Part shown: positions 7,378 to 18,224 of the stretch, piece by piece
Position numbering within the stretch: position 1 is the first letter of the stretch
Layout of the letters: each line of letters opens with the position of its first letter
From: a virus
IMG/VR virus record: IMGVR_UViG_3300016667_000333
Location: 1-64,000 of that record
DNA: 64,000 nt
Reading direction: 5' to 3' (one strand)
Program-made: the position numbers and the translations under genes
The notes under the pieces: model-generated
Database searches by the model: none
Seen by the model: the letters and a program-made list of their open reading frames with translations, nothing else
What the model was told of the DNA's origin: nothing

Positions 7378-9840
7378 ATGAAGTACGAATACTTAGAAGA
7401 GGATGATTTTGTTTCCTTTCACGAGGATGACGATGAGTTGGATACGATCCGTATTCCACTTCCGCGCCTTGAGAAGTGGTACTCTCACCATCTAAAACGA
7501 GAGGTTACCAGGGAAGAGGCGCTTACATACGTGGACGGTTATGGTCTTGCTCCAAAGGACCAAAAGTTTCAATACCAGGAGGTTCCGGAAAAGATAAAAT
7601 TGATTTACGAGGTTGTGTTCAATAAAAAACACGCAACCAACAAGTCTAAGTACAAGGAGGTAGGAGACGTCCGTCTTGAGGACATCTACGAGGAAATTGA
7701 GTCCAATCAAAAGTACTACGCCATGGAGATTGAGTGGATAAAGCTCCAAATAAAGCGCAGATACGTAGGTTACTGGTGTTTCATTAAAGGAAAGCCGGTA
7801 TATTTAAATGGAGCCAATTATTTCTTCCTAAACTTCTGGACAGTAAAGAACTTTGGTAAGAACAACAACCGACCCGACTACAGGGACTACCAGCGCAAGA
7901 TGTTTCATCTGTTCATGTACGCATATACCACAGAGGATGCGTTCTATAAACACAAGGTGTTGTACCGGGAAGATGGAGTGGTAAAAACAAAGTACTCAAA
8001 CCAGGACGTGAAGAACGTGGTGGAGGATATGAACGAGATGGGTGTAGAGTACTTCATGGAGCCAAACGTAAACGTGACCGTTGGAAAAGGTAAGCGAACT
8101 GTTCATGGAATTAACTTTGTTTCTGGACGACGTATCGCCAAGACAGCTATTGCTTGTTGCTTCTGCACGTGGGGAACCCTCAACATGCCCGACCAGACTT
8201 TTATCATCCAGGCGATGAACGAGGACCAGGCCGTCAACAAGATATTCATCAAACAAATTCAAACACCCGTAAGCAAACTTCCCTTCTTTTTTCGTCCTCA
8301 TTATCGTGGACGAATAGAGGCAAAGGAGGGTTTGCGTTTCCAGTATGAAGGAGCAATCGCATCAGCCGCAAGGGCAGGAATCGTCCCAGAACAAATGGAG
8401 TGCTTCATCACGCCACTCCCGTCGACGGAGAAAGCGGCGGATGGAGAGGCTGAAATCGCATTTGTCTACCGTGACGAGCCAGCGAAGAAAACGGATGCGA
8501 AGGCGGCGGACCAAAACATACCGACGTGGTGGTACAACACGATGAAACCAGCGATTGAGCGAGGAGAAAACATTCGAGGGTTCTGCATTATGCCTTCTAC
8601 GGTGGGTGACATGGACACAGGGGGTGGAGCGCAGTTCTTTGACATTGCTAACGACTCTCACTTCTCTGACAGAAACGAGAACGGAACTACTCCATCAGGA
8701 CTCATCAACTTTTTCTTACCGGGTTACTACGCGGTAGAGGGATACATTGACGAGTACGGGGCAAGCATTATTGATGACCCCAAGGAACCGGTAATGTCGA
8801 ACGAGGGCAAGTGGATTACCAGAGGGGCAAAGTCATACCTGCTAAACCAAGCAGACTACTTTGAACGTAAACGCGAGTGGCAGAAGTTAATCAAGTTGCA
8901 GCAAAACTTCCCAATGAGTTGGAAGCAAGCGTTTGCTGTAATACCAAAGGACATGGGTATGCCTATTGAGAAGATGCGTGACCGTATCTCGGAACTGAAG
9001 TTTTCTCGCACACCAATTAGTACAAAGATAAATTTTAAGTGGATTGGTGACAAGTTTGGAGGAGATGTTTATGTGGACAATGACCCCAAGGGAAGCTGGA
9101 CCATGACCTATCTTCCGCCACAAGAACAAAGAAACAGACGAACGGTTGTTACGGCCGAAGAGGGTTACATCCCTCCAAAAGAAAAAGGTCCGATTTACGC
9201 TCCCGATCCGTCGGTGATGAACAAGTACTTCCTCTGCTGTGACCCGGTTAAGTTTCACAAGCGAAATACAGTTGGTAAGAAGAAGTCGAATGCGGCAGCG
9301 GCTGTTTTTTACAAAAGAGACAGCCAGGTAGACCCCGATACCAAGCCAAGGAGTGAATGGGTAAGCAACGACTGGATTCTGGTATATAACAGACAGACAG
9401 AAGACAAGTCGGAGTACCACGAGGAGTGGCTGAAGGCTGCTATATTCCTTGGTGCATACGTATACCCGGAATGGCCCGATGGAGAAGCCTTGGTGGAATA
9501 CTTTAGGGACAACGGTTTCGATGGATACCTTTTGAAAGACATTGGATCAGAGGGTAAGCAAGACCCGCGCCCGGGCGTATGGGCAGGAGAAGCCGAGAAG
9601 AACGAAATGGCTGGAGACATCATGACGTTTTTTAACAACAATGTTAAATATGTGAAAATGTGGGAGATCATTGAGGAGTGGAGTCAGATGAGGGGTCTTG
9701 ATGACTTGACTAACCATGACTTGTGTGCCGCAACAGGGTGGTGCATGAGGGCTATAAAGAGCAGAATGCCAGATCTTTACAAGGAAGTTTATCAACCGAT
9801 AGAGATACAAGGAGGCTTCGCAATGTTTGACGTAGAATGA
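7378..9840 (+). CDS. Terminase large subunit
   Basis: 820 aa; deviant Walker A VSGRRIAKTAIA, Walker B AFVYRDEP, coupling motif IMPSTVG, nuclease-domain Asp in FLCCDPVKF; precedes the portal candidate. Confidence 0.7.
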   Translation: MKYEYLEEDDFVSFHEDDDELDTIRIPLPRLEKWYSHHLKREVTREEALTYVDGYGLAPKDQKFQYQEVPEKIKLIYEVVFNKKHATNKSKYKEVGDVRLEDIYEEIESNQKYYAMEIEWIKLQIKRRYVGYWCFIKGKPVYLNGANYFFLNFWTVKNFGKNNNRPDYRDYQRKMFHLFMYAYTTEDAFYKHKVLYREDGVVKTKYSNQDVKNVVEDMNEMGVEYFMEPNVNVTVGKGKRTVHGINFVSGRRIAKTAIACCFCTWGTLNMPDQTFIIQAMNEDQAVNKIFIKQIQTPVSKLPFFFRPHYRGRIEAKEGLRFQYEGAIASAARAGIVPEQMECFITPLPSTEKAADGEAEIAFVYRDEPAKKTDAKAADQNIPTWWYNTMKPAIERGENIRGFCIMPSTVGDMDTGGGAQFFDIANDSHFSDRNENGTTPSGLINFFLPGYYAVEGYIDEYGASIIDDPKEPVMSNEGKWITRGAKSYLLNQADYFERKREWQKLIKLQQNFPMSWKQAFAVIPKDMGMPIEKMRDRISELKFSRTPISTKINFKWIGDKFGGDVYVDNDPKGSWTMTYLPPQEQRNRRTVVTAEEGYIPPKEKGPIYAPDPSVMNKYFLCCDPVKFHKRNTVGKKKSNAAAAVFYKRDSQVDPDTKPRSEWVSNDWILVYNRQTEDKSEYHEEWLKAAIFLGAYVYPEWPDGEALVEYFRDNGFDGYLLKDIGSEGKQDPRPGVWAGEAEKNEMAGDIMTFFNNNVKYVKMWEIIEEWSQMRGLDDLTNHDLCAATGWCMRAIKSRMPDLYKEVYQPIEIQGGFAMFDVE

Positions 9841-9870
9841 TTGTTTTCAACTATTTAATAAAAAATTTAC

Positions 9871-9897
9871 TACATTTGTGCTGGTAAACTAAATTTG
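9871..9897 (+). promoter_or_regulatory. Two tandem candidate -7 boxes (TACATTTG 9871..9878, TAAATTTG 9890..9897)
   Basis: Both fit TAnnTTTG in the 63-nt gap between terminase and portal genes; the second ends 6 nt before ATG 9904. Confidence 0.45.
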
Positions 9898-9903
9898 TAA
9901 GAT

Positions 9904-12300
9904 ATGATATTGCCACAGATACTTGGCAGTATGTTGTTCCCAAACGACAACATACCCGAGGCTGATAAACTAAAGCCGGAGTTTGGATTACGTTGTGCGA
10001 GAGCTTTGTACACCCGCTTTTGTGCCGGGGGGGCATATTTTACATACAGTCAACTGCCTGAGATGCAGGAGACTAGAAACTATGGTGCCGGTAATCAATC
10101 CCAAGAAAAGTATAAAAACTGGTTTACAAACGGGTCCCCTATAGGTACAAGAGGGTTTGGCCAAGGGGATGGTGCAGCAACCACGAAGGGGTTAAGTAAG
10201 GCACAGAGAAAGGCGATGGCTAACATCAGCTACGACATTTTCTCTCCAATGCGAAAACTGTCGAATGTTCTTCTATCAATTCTTGCAGATAACGATTATA
10301 AACTTGACTGTGTTTCTCTTGATAAAAATATCGTCAATAAAAAGAAACGCAAAAAGTATGACGTCTACGCTAAAGCGAACTTTACAAATCCGCTTGCAAA
10401 AAAGCTAGGCTTACCAGAATTTAAGTTACCGTTTGTGCCAAAGGACGAGACGATGCTAGAAATGGCTGATCGCCTTGGTTTCTTTAAGACCAAATACGAG
10501 GTGGCTTTGGAAAAACTTGCCGAGGCTGGTTTTCGTTCGTCTAACTGGGCTGGGCAAAGAATGGAGTTTAATCGTGACGCGATTGACTTCCATTTCCGTG
10601 CAGCCAAGATTTATAACGACCCGATGACTGGACAGGTTAAGTTTCAATACGTTGACCCTGCCCGCATGGTCATGCTTTGGAACGAAGACAACCAAGAGGA
10701 GCCTGTTGCGATAGGTCACATTGAGGCCGAGACAGTGCAATCTATTTACGACAAGCTGATAGATGCTGGTTTCAACGAGGCGCAGATCCAGGCGATGGCA
10801 AAGTCATACGTTCCGTACCAAACGAACGTCTCTACTATTCCTCAGTGGGCATTTGAACGTAAAGACTCTACCACAAACCGTTGGGTATGGATGGACTTCA
10901 AGGTTTACGTGTTGAAGTTTGAATACCTTTCTACCGACTACAAGCAGTATGTAGAACGAGTAAACAAGCAGGGATATGGTAACTACATCCGAAACAATAG
11001 GCCGGTAGACGAAAAGAAAAAGAACCCAAACGATACCTACGATGAGGTGACTTGTAACTATTGGTACGAGGGTTCGTATATCATCTCCGGCACCGGCCAG
11101 GACCGTATTTATGAATGGAAGAAGAAGCCAAACCAGATGCAAAAGGGCTTGTCTCCAATGAGTTCGTATGTAATTCATCGCATCAACGGTCAGTCGCCTA
11201 CACGTAGCGTGAAGGGACTGCTTGACGACTTGATGTTTGCTGTATTGAAACTTCGCGCAGCCGTATGGGCTGCTGCCCCAAAGGGATATAGAATTGATGT
11301 CGGCGAGGCCGCTAACATCAAGATTGGAGGTGTAGAGTACGACCTGTTCGACCTCATGCATATCCACCGTCAGAACGGTATTCAGATTGTCGCAACTAAG
11401 TTCAACGCGGCGACCGGTAAATACGTGTCGCAGCCGCTTACAGAGATGGACAACGGTTTAGGTCCACAGGGACAGGAGTGGTTGGCCCAGATTGCGAACA
11501 TCCAGATGATGATCAAGGACCTCATGGGGATCCCGGACGCAATGGCCGCAAGCCCAGACCAGTCAGCAGAACGCTTGGTTGGAGTAATGGAGCAGGATTA
11601 TATCGCAGGAAACCACGCCAACTGGCCACTTCGCGAGTCTGAGCGTCAGTTCAAGCAGAAGCTCGGTGAGAGAATTATCCACCAGGCTCGGATAGACATT
11701 GAGTACGACCCTAAGATCCGCGAGTTTTATGAAAGCATTATTGGGGAGACTATGATAAACGCCCTTGACGACATTGAGGGCTTGTCGTTGGATCAGTTAG
11801 CAATTACATGCAAGGTTCTTCCAAATGAAAAGGAGAAGAGCGCTATCCTCCAGCGTGCCATGCAGATGTCTCAGATGCCGACCAAGGACGGCGCGGTTCT
11901 CCTAAGCCCTTCAAGCGTAGAGCGTGTAGCACAGCTTTTGAAGAACGGAGACGTGGACGAGGCCCTTTGGTTTATGGCCACGCAAGAGACAGAGGCTCGT
12001 CAACGTGAGCAGCAGTACTCTCAGATGATGTTGCAGCAGACAATTGAGGGCCAGCAGCAGACAGCGGCGATGACCGAAGAGGGCAAGCGACAGACCATGA
12101 TGCAGAAGATGCAGATGGAGATAGAGATGCACAGAGAGAAGGCTAACCTAGACCTCATGAAGGAGCAGCAGATTGCTAAAATTAAGTCAGATGCTGACTA
12201 CCAGGTTCAGTTGCTCAAGGGTCAGCAGGCGTTGGAAGAGATTAGCCTTGAGGCAAACCTTGAGGCCGAGTTAGGAAGTGAAATCACAGGCAGAATATAA
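9904..12300 (+). CDS. Portal protein (by size and synteny)
   Basis: 798 aa, follows the terminase; Q/E-rich coiled-coil C-terminus; no specific motif read. Confidence 0.55.
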   Translation: MILPQILGSMLFPNDNIPEADKLKPEFGLRCARALYTRFCAGGAYFTYSQLPEMQETRNYGAGNQSQEKYKNWFTNGSPIGTRGFGQGDGAATTKGLSKAQRKAMANISYDIFSPMRKLSNVLLSILADNDYKLDCVSLDKNIVNKKKRKKYDVYAKANFTNPLAKKLGLPEFKLPFVPKDETMLEMADRLGFFKTKYEVALEKLAEAGFRSSNWAGQRMEFNRDAIDFHFRAAKIYNDPMTGQVKFQYVDPARMVMLWNEDNQEEPVAIGHIEAETVQSIYDKLIDAGFNEAQIQAMAKSYVPYQTNVSTIPQWAFERKDSTTNRWVWMDFKVYVLKFEYLSTDYKQYVERVNKQGYGNYIRNNRPVDEKKKNPNDTYDEVTCNYWYEGSYIISGTGQDRIYEWKKKPNQMQKGLSPMSSYVIHRINGQSPTRSVKGLLDDLMFAVLKLRAAVWAAAPKGYRIDVGEAANIKIGGVEYDLFDLMHIHRQNGIQIVATKFNAATGKYVSQPLTEMDNGLGPQGQEWLAQIANIQMMIKDLMGIPDAMAASPDQSAERLVGVMEQDYIAGNHANWPLRESERQFKQKLGERIIHQARIDIEYDPKIREFYESIIGETMINALDDIEGLSLDQLAITCKVLPNEKEKSAILQRAMQMSQMPTKDGAVLLSPSSVERVAQLLKNGDVDEALWFMATQETEARQREQQYSQMMLQQTIEGQQQTAAMTEEGKRQTMMQKMQMEIEMHREKANLDLMKEQQIAKIKSDADYQVQLLKGQQALEEISLEANLEAELGSEITGRI

Positions 12301-12305
12301 AACAT

Positions 12306-13367
12306 ATGGAAAACAACGAATTTGAAAATCAAAACGAACAGGTTAACGATCAAGTAACCGAACAAGTAAACGAACAAGTTAACGAGCAGGTTAACCCGGT
12401 AGATTCGCCGTGGTTTTCTGCTTACGGGTATGACAGCGAGGATTCTTTCAAGAGCGAGTTTGAACAACTGCGTTCTTATAAGAGCCTTGCCCAAGAACTA
12501 GCAGAAAAGCAAAAGGACATCGAGGAAGGTCTTGCCTTGTTGCAGGAAGCCGACGACCCGTTTGCAGGGGTAGAAGAGGCACGCACAATGGTTGCGTTTG
12601 GCAAGAAGGGTATCAACTCGTCTGTTGCCAATCAGATTGTGTCCTCTACAGCCGATAGCTTGATGGAAGACCCGGTTAAGGCGTTGGTCCTTGCGGAGGC
12701 GGTAAAGAACCCAGACAAATTCAAGCGACTTGGCCAGTCGACTATTGAGGAAGCTATTCGTGAAAAATATAACTTAGGTGATGGCGACTATTACGCTACA
12801 GCCCTTTTGAAGTCTGACGCAATCGATGCAATCGAAATCATTGAAAAGACTAAAAAAGATGTTGAAACCGTTAAAAATCCCTTTACCTTTGCAAAAGAGC
12901 TAAAGAGCCAAAGTCAAAGACAGATTGCGGAAAGACAGACTATAGCACTTGCCGAGGCAGAGTCCTACGCCAAGCAGCTAAAGGAGGTCCCCTACAAATT
13001 CGGCGATACGGAAGTTTCGTTACAAGTTTCAAACGAAGAGGTCGAATCGATTTTGAAGTCGCAGTATGCTGGTTATTTAGGTCAAGCCTTTGATACTACC
13101 ACAAAGGAAGGTAAACAAGCGGTACGTGAATGGTTAACGAACCAGGTCCTCATTCATAAGGTTCAGTCTGGGGATCTAGGGGTTCAAATAGCCAAGTCAC
13201 TTGTCGCTCAAACCGAAAAAAAGGTAGTGCGCGAGGTCTACAACGGTCAGCCTAAAACGCCGAACCGTGTAGGCAAAACGTCTGTCGACCAGAAGGGATT
13301 AAGCCCAGCTCAAAGAGATCTCATGGAGCGCGGTATTCCTTTGCCATCGCAGACGCTAAAATCATAA
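12306..13367 (+). CDS. Scaffolding protein (by composition and synteny)
   Basis: 353 aa; acidic, A/E/K-rich helical protein between portal and capsid genes. Confidence 0.5.
   Translation: MENNEFENQNEQVNDQVTEQVNEQVNEQVNPVDSPWFSAYGYDSEDSFKSEFEQLRSYKSLAQELAEKQKDIEEGLALLQEADDPFAGVEEARTMVAFGKKGINSSVANQIVSSTADSLMEDPVKALVLAEAVKNPDKFKRLGQSTIEEAIREKYNLGDGDYYATALLKSDAIDAIEIIEKTKKDVETVKNPFTFAKELKSQSQRQIAERQTIALAEAESYAKQLKEVPYKFGDTEVSLQVSNEEVESILKSQYAGYLGQAFDTTTKEGKQAVREWLTNQVLIHKVQSGDLGVQIAKSLVAQTEKKVVREVYNGQPKTPNRVGKTSVDQKGLSPAQRDLMERGIPLPSQTLKS
12336..12395 (+). repeat. Five tandem 12-nt repeats encoding (E/D)QV(N/T)
   Basis: GAACAGGTTAAC GATCAAGTAACC GAACAAGTAAAC GAACAAGTTAAC GAGCAGGTTAAC inside the scaffold N-terminus. 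Confidence 0.9.
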
Positions 13368-13392
13368 TTAACTATTAAAAAAATTTAATAAA

Positions 13393-14847
13393 ATGGCATT
13401 TGTACAAGGTACCCCCATTGCGCCCCCTATTAGTACGGGTGCAATGAACTTTGGTAACATCCAGAACAACTGGGATGCAATCATGGAAGATTTCGATGCA
13501 GTAGCATACCTTCCATTTGGTGACGAATATTTCGATGCGATGAACCAGATCATGAACGCAGTAGGTAACCGCGAAATCGCGAAGAACCCTCGTGTTCGTT
13601 GGTTTGAGATGACTCGTATGGAAGCTCCAATCACCGTAACCGCAACTGGTACTGGTCCGTATACAGTGACTTTGGATAATACCAGCATTACAACCGTTAA
13701 TGGTGTAGACTACTCTTGGCCAGCAGTTGGCGACATCTGGAGAGATGCTGCCACTGGCGCTCTATACCAGATCACAGCAAAGAATCCGTTAGATGCTGCT
13801 GAACTTACCATGGCGGCGTTGATCACAACAGGTGCAGCAGCTCCTGCTGGATTGATGTTTTACGTAGGTAACTCAGCCGGCGAAAACACTGGTGCATACG
13901 CTTCTAAGTTTACATTCGACACGGTTCACACCTCTCCTTTGCAAACTTTCCGTAACGACACCACGTCTAGCTCAGAGGCGCTTTACAACCAGCTTTGGTA
14001 CTCACAGTTGGAGAACGGGGTTCAGACTCCATACTCTAACTCACGCGACATTATCTACTTGCAGCGTGAACACCAAGTTGCCTTGGTAAACACCTTCTTT
14101 GCTGGTGTTCCTTCTACCTCTACAGGTTACAACGCTACCATCCAACCTACCTCTTTCCAAACTACACAAGGTTTGGTAAACGCTATTGAAAACAACCAGT
14201 CTGGCAGCAACGGCGGTGGTATCAATACCGTGATATCAATCGGTGGTGGCGCTGGCGCTGGAGTTGACATTGAAGACTTCTACGCAATGGAAGCCGCATT
14301 GACCTCACAGGACGGTTCTGTAAAGAACTATATGGTGTGGACAAGCGGTTACATGCAGGCACAATTGGAGCAAGCGCTTTTCCAAGCCGCTGGTCCTGGT
14401 GCCTCTGCACTGAACTACAACGTAAGCGTTAACAAAATCCAGATGGAGAAAACCTTCTGGGGCGAGGGCGCTTATGCTGACTTGATGAGCCGTACATTCT
14501 CATTCAACAACCTCGTGTTCAACAACAAGAACTTTGCGTTTGTTCGTATGGGCATCTTCGACAACCCAACCATGTTTGGTGCTGGTGCTGACGCTGCTGA
14601 AAACCCTTGGAAACAATACGCGTTCTTCATTCCGTTGAGCACCAATGGAGGTGTTGACGACGGTATGGGCAACATGGGTAAGTACATCCGCGTATGTCAC
14701 AAGCCAGGAGCGTTCATGAACATGTGGCAAACAGGTGGTCGTGCGGCAGCTAACAAGACTGACGTATGGCAGCTCGGTGTTCACATCGTATCTGAAGTAG
14801 GTTACAAGTTTGTAAACTCTAACAAGTACGGTCTGTTCACAGTCTAA
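13393..14847 (+). CDS. Major capsid protein (by synteny)
   Basis: 484 aa after the scaffold; AAAATGGCA start context; strong intrinsic terminator right after the stop. Confidence 0.6.
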   Translation: MAFVQGTPIAPPISTGAMNFGNIQNNWDAIMEDFDAVAYLPFGDEYFDAMNQIMNAVGNREIAKNPRVRWFEMTRMEAPITVTATGTGPYTVTLDNTSITTVNGVDYSWPAVGDIWRDAATGALYQITAKNPLDAAELTMAALITTGAAAPAGLMFYVGNSAGENTGAYASKFTFDTVHTSPLQTFRNDTTSSSEALYNQLWYSQLENGVQTPYSNSRDIIYLQREHQVALVNTFFAGVPSTSTGYNATIQPTSFQTTQGLVNAIENNQSGSNGGGINTVISIGGGAGAGVDIEDFYAMEAALTSQDGSVKNYMVWTSGYMQAQLEQALFQAAGPGASALNYNVSVNKIQMEKTFWGEGAYADLMSRTFSFNNLVFNNKNFAFVRMGIFDNPTMFGAGADAAENPWKQYAFFIPLSTNGGVDDGMGNMGKYIRVCHKPGAFMNMWQTGGRAAANKTDVWQLGVHIVSEVGYKFVNSNKYGLFTV

Positions 14848-14866
14848 TCTTAGTAAACTCAAAAAT

Positions 14867-14894
14867 GGGGAGGGGGCAACCTCTCCCTATTTTT
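14867..14894 (+). terminator. Intrinsic terminator after capsid gene
   Basis: Stem GGGAGGGG/CCTCTCCC (one G-U) with GCAA tetraloop, followed by TATTTTT. Confidence 0.7.
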
Positions 14895-14917
14895 CACAAA
14901 CAAAAAAATAAAACGAT

Positions 14918-15847
14918 ATGTTATTTGATCTAAGCGACAACACTCCTGTAAACATCCCAGAATGGGCAGAACAGGAAATGAAAAATGATTTCCCTTACTT
15001 TTTCAATGAAAAACGCCCAGTTGTTTTGCGTATAAAGGACCGATATAAAGTAAGGTCGTATAAGGTTCCTACAAACAACACGGATGCCGAGCCAATACTA
15101 ATGATACAGTCTCCGGGTGCATTCTCTGTAAAGACTAAAGGTAACTTTTACGACAAGGAAAGCGGTTCTGAGTACACGTTGCTTTACACAACTTCGGCGC
15201 CAAGTAACATTAACGGGTCCTATAAATATGCAAGCACCCGCCTAAACATAGGAGATGGCTTTACGGTTCAACCACATCAAAAGGACTTGTTATTTTACCT
15301 TCAGTATGTTTGCCAGATGATTGACGGCAACAAGTCGTTATATAAGTCTAATAACCAGAGGTTTATATATGAAAAGAAAGACGTAGCGGCTACGTCTAAG
15401 ATTAACTCGGCTAAGGCAGCGCGTGAGCTTGAAAACCTCATCTATTTTGATACGGACTACAAGACCATTCTGAAGGCAGTGGACGGCTTGGGCATGAAGC
15501 CTCTTTTCACTGAAGACGAAACCCGCGTAATGCTGCATGACGCAATCAAGAACGGTAGTGATACTTTCAAGAAGAATGCTTTCGAAATCATTAACTCAGC
15601 AAAGCCGGTACAGACCAAATCACCAGAGGGTGAAACCATCCACGAGCTGGTAAACAGACTTTTGAGTGAGAATTTTATCAAAAATGAGGACGGTTTGTGG
15701 TATATTCGCGACCGTAGAGGCGATGGAACAAAGTGGTTGAAGTCACCATTCTTTGAATCAACTCAGACAGGTAGCGAGGCTGCATTTGCGTTGATTGACC
15801 ACCTCAAGGTAAATGAAGAATTATTAGGTAAATTAAGAAAACTATAA
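14918..15847 (+). CDS. Hypothetical protein in the virion module
   Basis: 309-aa ORF; no motif recognised. Confidence 0.45.
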   Translation: MLFDLSDNTPVNIPEWAEQEMKNDFPYFFNEKRPVVLRIKDRYKVRSYKVPTNNTDAEPILMIQSPGAFSVKTKGNFYDKESGSEYTLLYTTSAPSNINGSYKYASTRLNIGDGFTVQPHQKDLLFYLQYVCQMIDGNKSLYKSNNQRFIYEKKDVAATSKINSAKAARELENLIYFDTDYKTILKAVDGLGMKPLFTEDETRVMLHDAIKNGSDTFKKNAFEIINSAKPVQTKSPEGETIHELVNRLLSENFIKNEDGLWYIRDRRGDGTKWLKSPFFESTQTGSEAAFALIDHLKVNEELLGKLRKL

Positions 15848-15851
15848 AAAG

Positions 15852-18224
15852 ATGATTAGCACCGTATCCCTTTCGTTTGACTTAACGTACACCAACCCAG
15901 TTACGGGTGCGTTACAGCCGCGAGGTATTGTCGTAGATTCAACCGATTATATCGGCCTTGGATTGGACCCACTTGTAGGCAGATTAAAGGGGCTTGGTGT
16001 AATCAACTTTAATGGAGACATTATTGTCGACTTGAACACTATTGGAACCCCCATGATTGACCTAGAGAACTGGGATTTTGTCAATGATGGGGTTCCTACC
16101 TATTACTTTAACTTGCCGCTTGATGCTAACGGCAACGTGGCAAATGGTATCTATACATTCACTTATTCTCTACGTGTCTTGGCTGACCCATTCTTGGGCG
16201 TGTCTCTAGGTGGTGTGGTCAGCCTTCCAGATGTGCTAACCGTTACATCTAATGAGTGGTTGTATCAGTTTTTAGAGCCTGGAAACAATATTGTGTTGAC
16301 CGATGGTGTTACACAGTATCCTTCGTTGGTTTCAACCACATCATATGTAGATCCAGATAGCATCATCACCTTAGCAACCCCTCCAGCGGACGGGCCTTAT
16401 GTGTTGACGTTTAGCTTGACTAACGTACAACTTTCTGGTGTTTATAGTTATTCGGGCTGTACTCAGACCACTGCTAATGTAAACTTTGTTTACGATTGTG
16501 AGTACGGGGATAGCGGAACTTGGGGCGTTACTAACACAACGGTTCTTGCCACAAACGAGGTTGTAGCAAGTTTGAATTGCGCGATTAATTACCCGTCTTG
16601 GGCAACACTTACGCCAACATTCCCTGGAAACATTGTTGTTACATCGCTTCCGTACCCTCCATCTGGTGTTGATACCCCTCTAGCTACCGGGACTTATTCG
16701 GTTTCTTTAACTGAGCAAATTCAACAGACTCAGACAGACGGCCTTATCCTCCTTTACACAACGTCTGTTGTTAAGGAGTTTGCGGTAAGCTGTGCTGGTA
16801 GCCTTTGTGGACTTACTCCATGCATTGAAAATCTTCGCGCAGCTCATGCGAGTGAATTGCAGCGCAATCGTATTTCTAAATACCAAGTGTTTGTAGACAA
16901 CGTGCTTTTGTACTATGCAGAGGCCCAAAATTACAGAGCTTGTGGTGATACAGCCAACTACAGAGCCACTCTTGAATTGATTAAGCAGAACCTCGACTCT
17001 TCTGGATGCGAGTGTGCTTGCTGCGATGAGAACACATACTATTGGGTGTCAAACAACTCGGCGGTATCTGTAATTGACAGCTTGATTCAGTCGTTTCAGT
17101 TTAGACTATTTGATTTAACCCCTCCTGGACCAGGTTCTCCATTAGCTACGGATGACGTAACTGAAGGTGTGCAGGTTGGTGCTTTGTGGCAAAATGTAAA
17201 TACAGGTATCATTTATCGTTGCACAAACAACGCTCCCGATGGTGCTGTTTGGGTAGAATACTATGCCCCCGGAATTATTGACGCCGCTGACGTTACTGCC
17301 GCTTCTAATCCACCGTTCTTGACCGCAACTGATGTGCAAAACCAGTTAAGCCAGGCCAACACTCAGTTTGCTGCTCAACTCTTGGCTAATGCTCAATTTG
17401 GGGCTGATATCAATGCTTTGGAGGTAACTGTAAGCGCCCTCAACGGTGTGAATGGTTTGACAAAAACAGGAAACGACTTTTTGCTTGGAGGAACTCTTGA
17501 TGCGGCAACTACGATTGATGTAGACGGAAACTCGCTTACAATTGTTGACGCCACTAATCCATTAGTTTTGTCAGTGGACGGAGCGTTTCCTAGTGTTGGT
17601 CAAAACTTAGTTTTGCAAACGTCAGTTAATGGTGGTTCGGGAGCCAACGGGATAGGAAGTTCGATAGAGTTCCAGGCCGAAACAACTGCTGGGGCAGTAA
17701 ACCGTACAGCGGTTATAAGAAGCCGTTGGACAGACGCTGCCGCACAGGATTCAGACTTTCAAATCGCAATCACCGAAGGAGGTTTACTTGATATTGGACT
17801 GACTGTTAATGCGGACAAGTCTGTCACCCTTAACGGTTACAACAGCACGACCTTTGAAGATCCCGCTCCAGCATACTTGCTCGGCGTTGACGCTGCGGGT
17901 AACGTGGTTCAGACTACAGGTTCAAGCGGGCCATTGGTTTATGTGGGAAGGGTAACAGGTAATGGCCCAACCGCTTCGATAACACAGATATTCAATAATA
18001 CTGGAGCTACGATAACTTTTGGCTACGCAACGACTGGTCAATATTATATAGGAGCATCATCAAGCATATTTACTAATGCTGCAATCTTTATAACCCCTGC
18101 TTTAGGATCTACATTTAGCGCTGCGATATTTTCTAATAGTATAGACGTATCAAATTACAATTTGACAGGTACGCTTGCCGATTTGGTTGCAAACGCTAGA
18201 ATCAAAATTGAGATTTACCCATAA
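15852..18224 (+). CDS. Fibre-like structural protein
   Basis: 790 aa; T/S/G/N/V-rich; Cys cluster SGCECACCDEN (17001..17033); motif NGLTKTGNDFLLGGTLDAATTID (17442..17519) shared with 44775..48914. Confidence 0.5.
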   Translation: MISTVSLSFDLTYTNPVTGALQPRGIVVDSTDYIGLGLDPLVGRLKGLGVINFNGDIIVDLNTIGTPMIDLENWDFVNDGVPTYYFNLPLDANGNVANGIYTFTYSLRVLADPFLGVSLGGVVSLPDVLTVTSNEWLYQFLEPGNNIVLTDGVTQYPSLVSTTSYVDPDSIITLATPPADGPYVLTFSLTNVQLSGVYSYSGCTQTTANVNFVYDCEYGDSGTWGVTNTTVLATNEVVASLNCAINYPSWATLTPTFPGNIVVTSLPYPPSGVDTPLATGTYSVSLTEQIQQTQTDGLILLYTTSVVKEFAVSCAGSLCGLTPCIENLRAAHASELQRNRISKYQVFVDNVLLYYAEAQNYRACGDTANYRATLELIKQNLDSSGCECACCDENTYYWVSNNSAVSVIDSLIQSFQFRLFDLTPPGPGSPLATDDVTEGVQVGALWQNVNTGIIYRCTNNAPDGAVWVEYYAPGIIDAADVTAASNPPFLTATDVQNQLSQANTQFAAQLLANAQFGADINALEVTVSALNGVNGLTKTGNDFLLGGTLDAATTIDVDGNSLTIVDATNPLVLSVDGAFPSVGQNLVLQTSVNGGSGANGIGSSIEFQAETTAGAVNRTAVIRSRWTDAAAQDSDFQIAITEGGLLDIGLTVNADKSVTLNGYNSTTFEDPAPAYLLGVDAAGNVVQTTGSSGPLVYVGRVTGNGPTASITQIFNNTGATITFGYATTGQYYIGASSSIFTNAAIFITPALGSTFSAAIFSNSIDVSNYNLTGTLADLVANARIKIEIYP

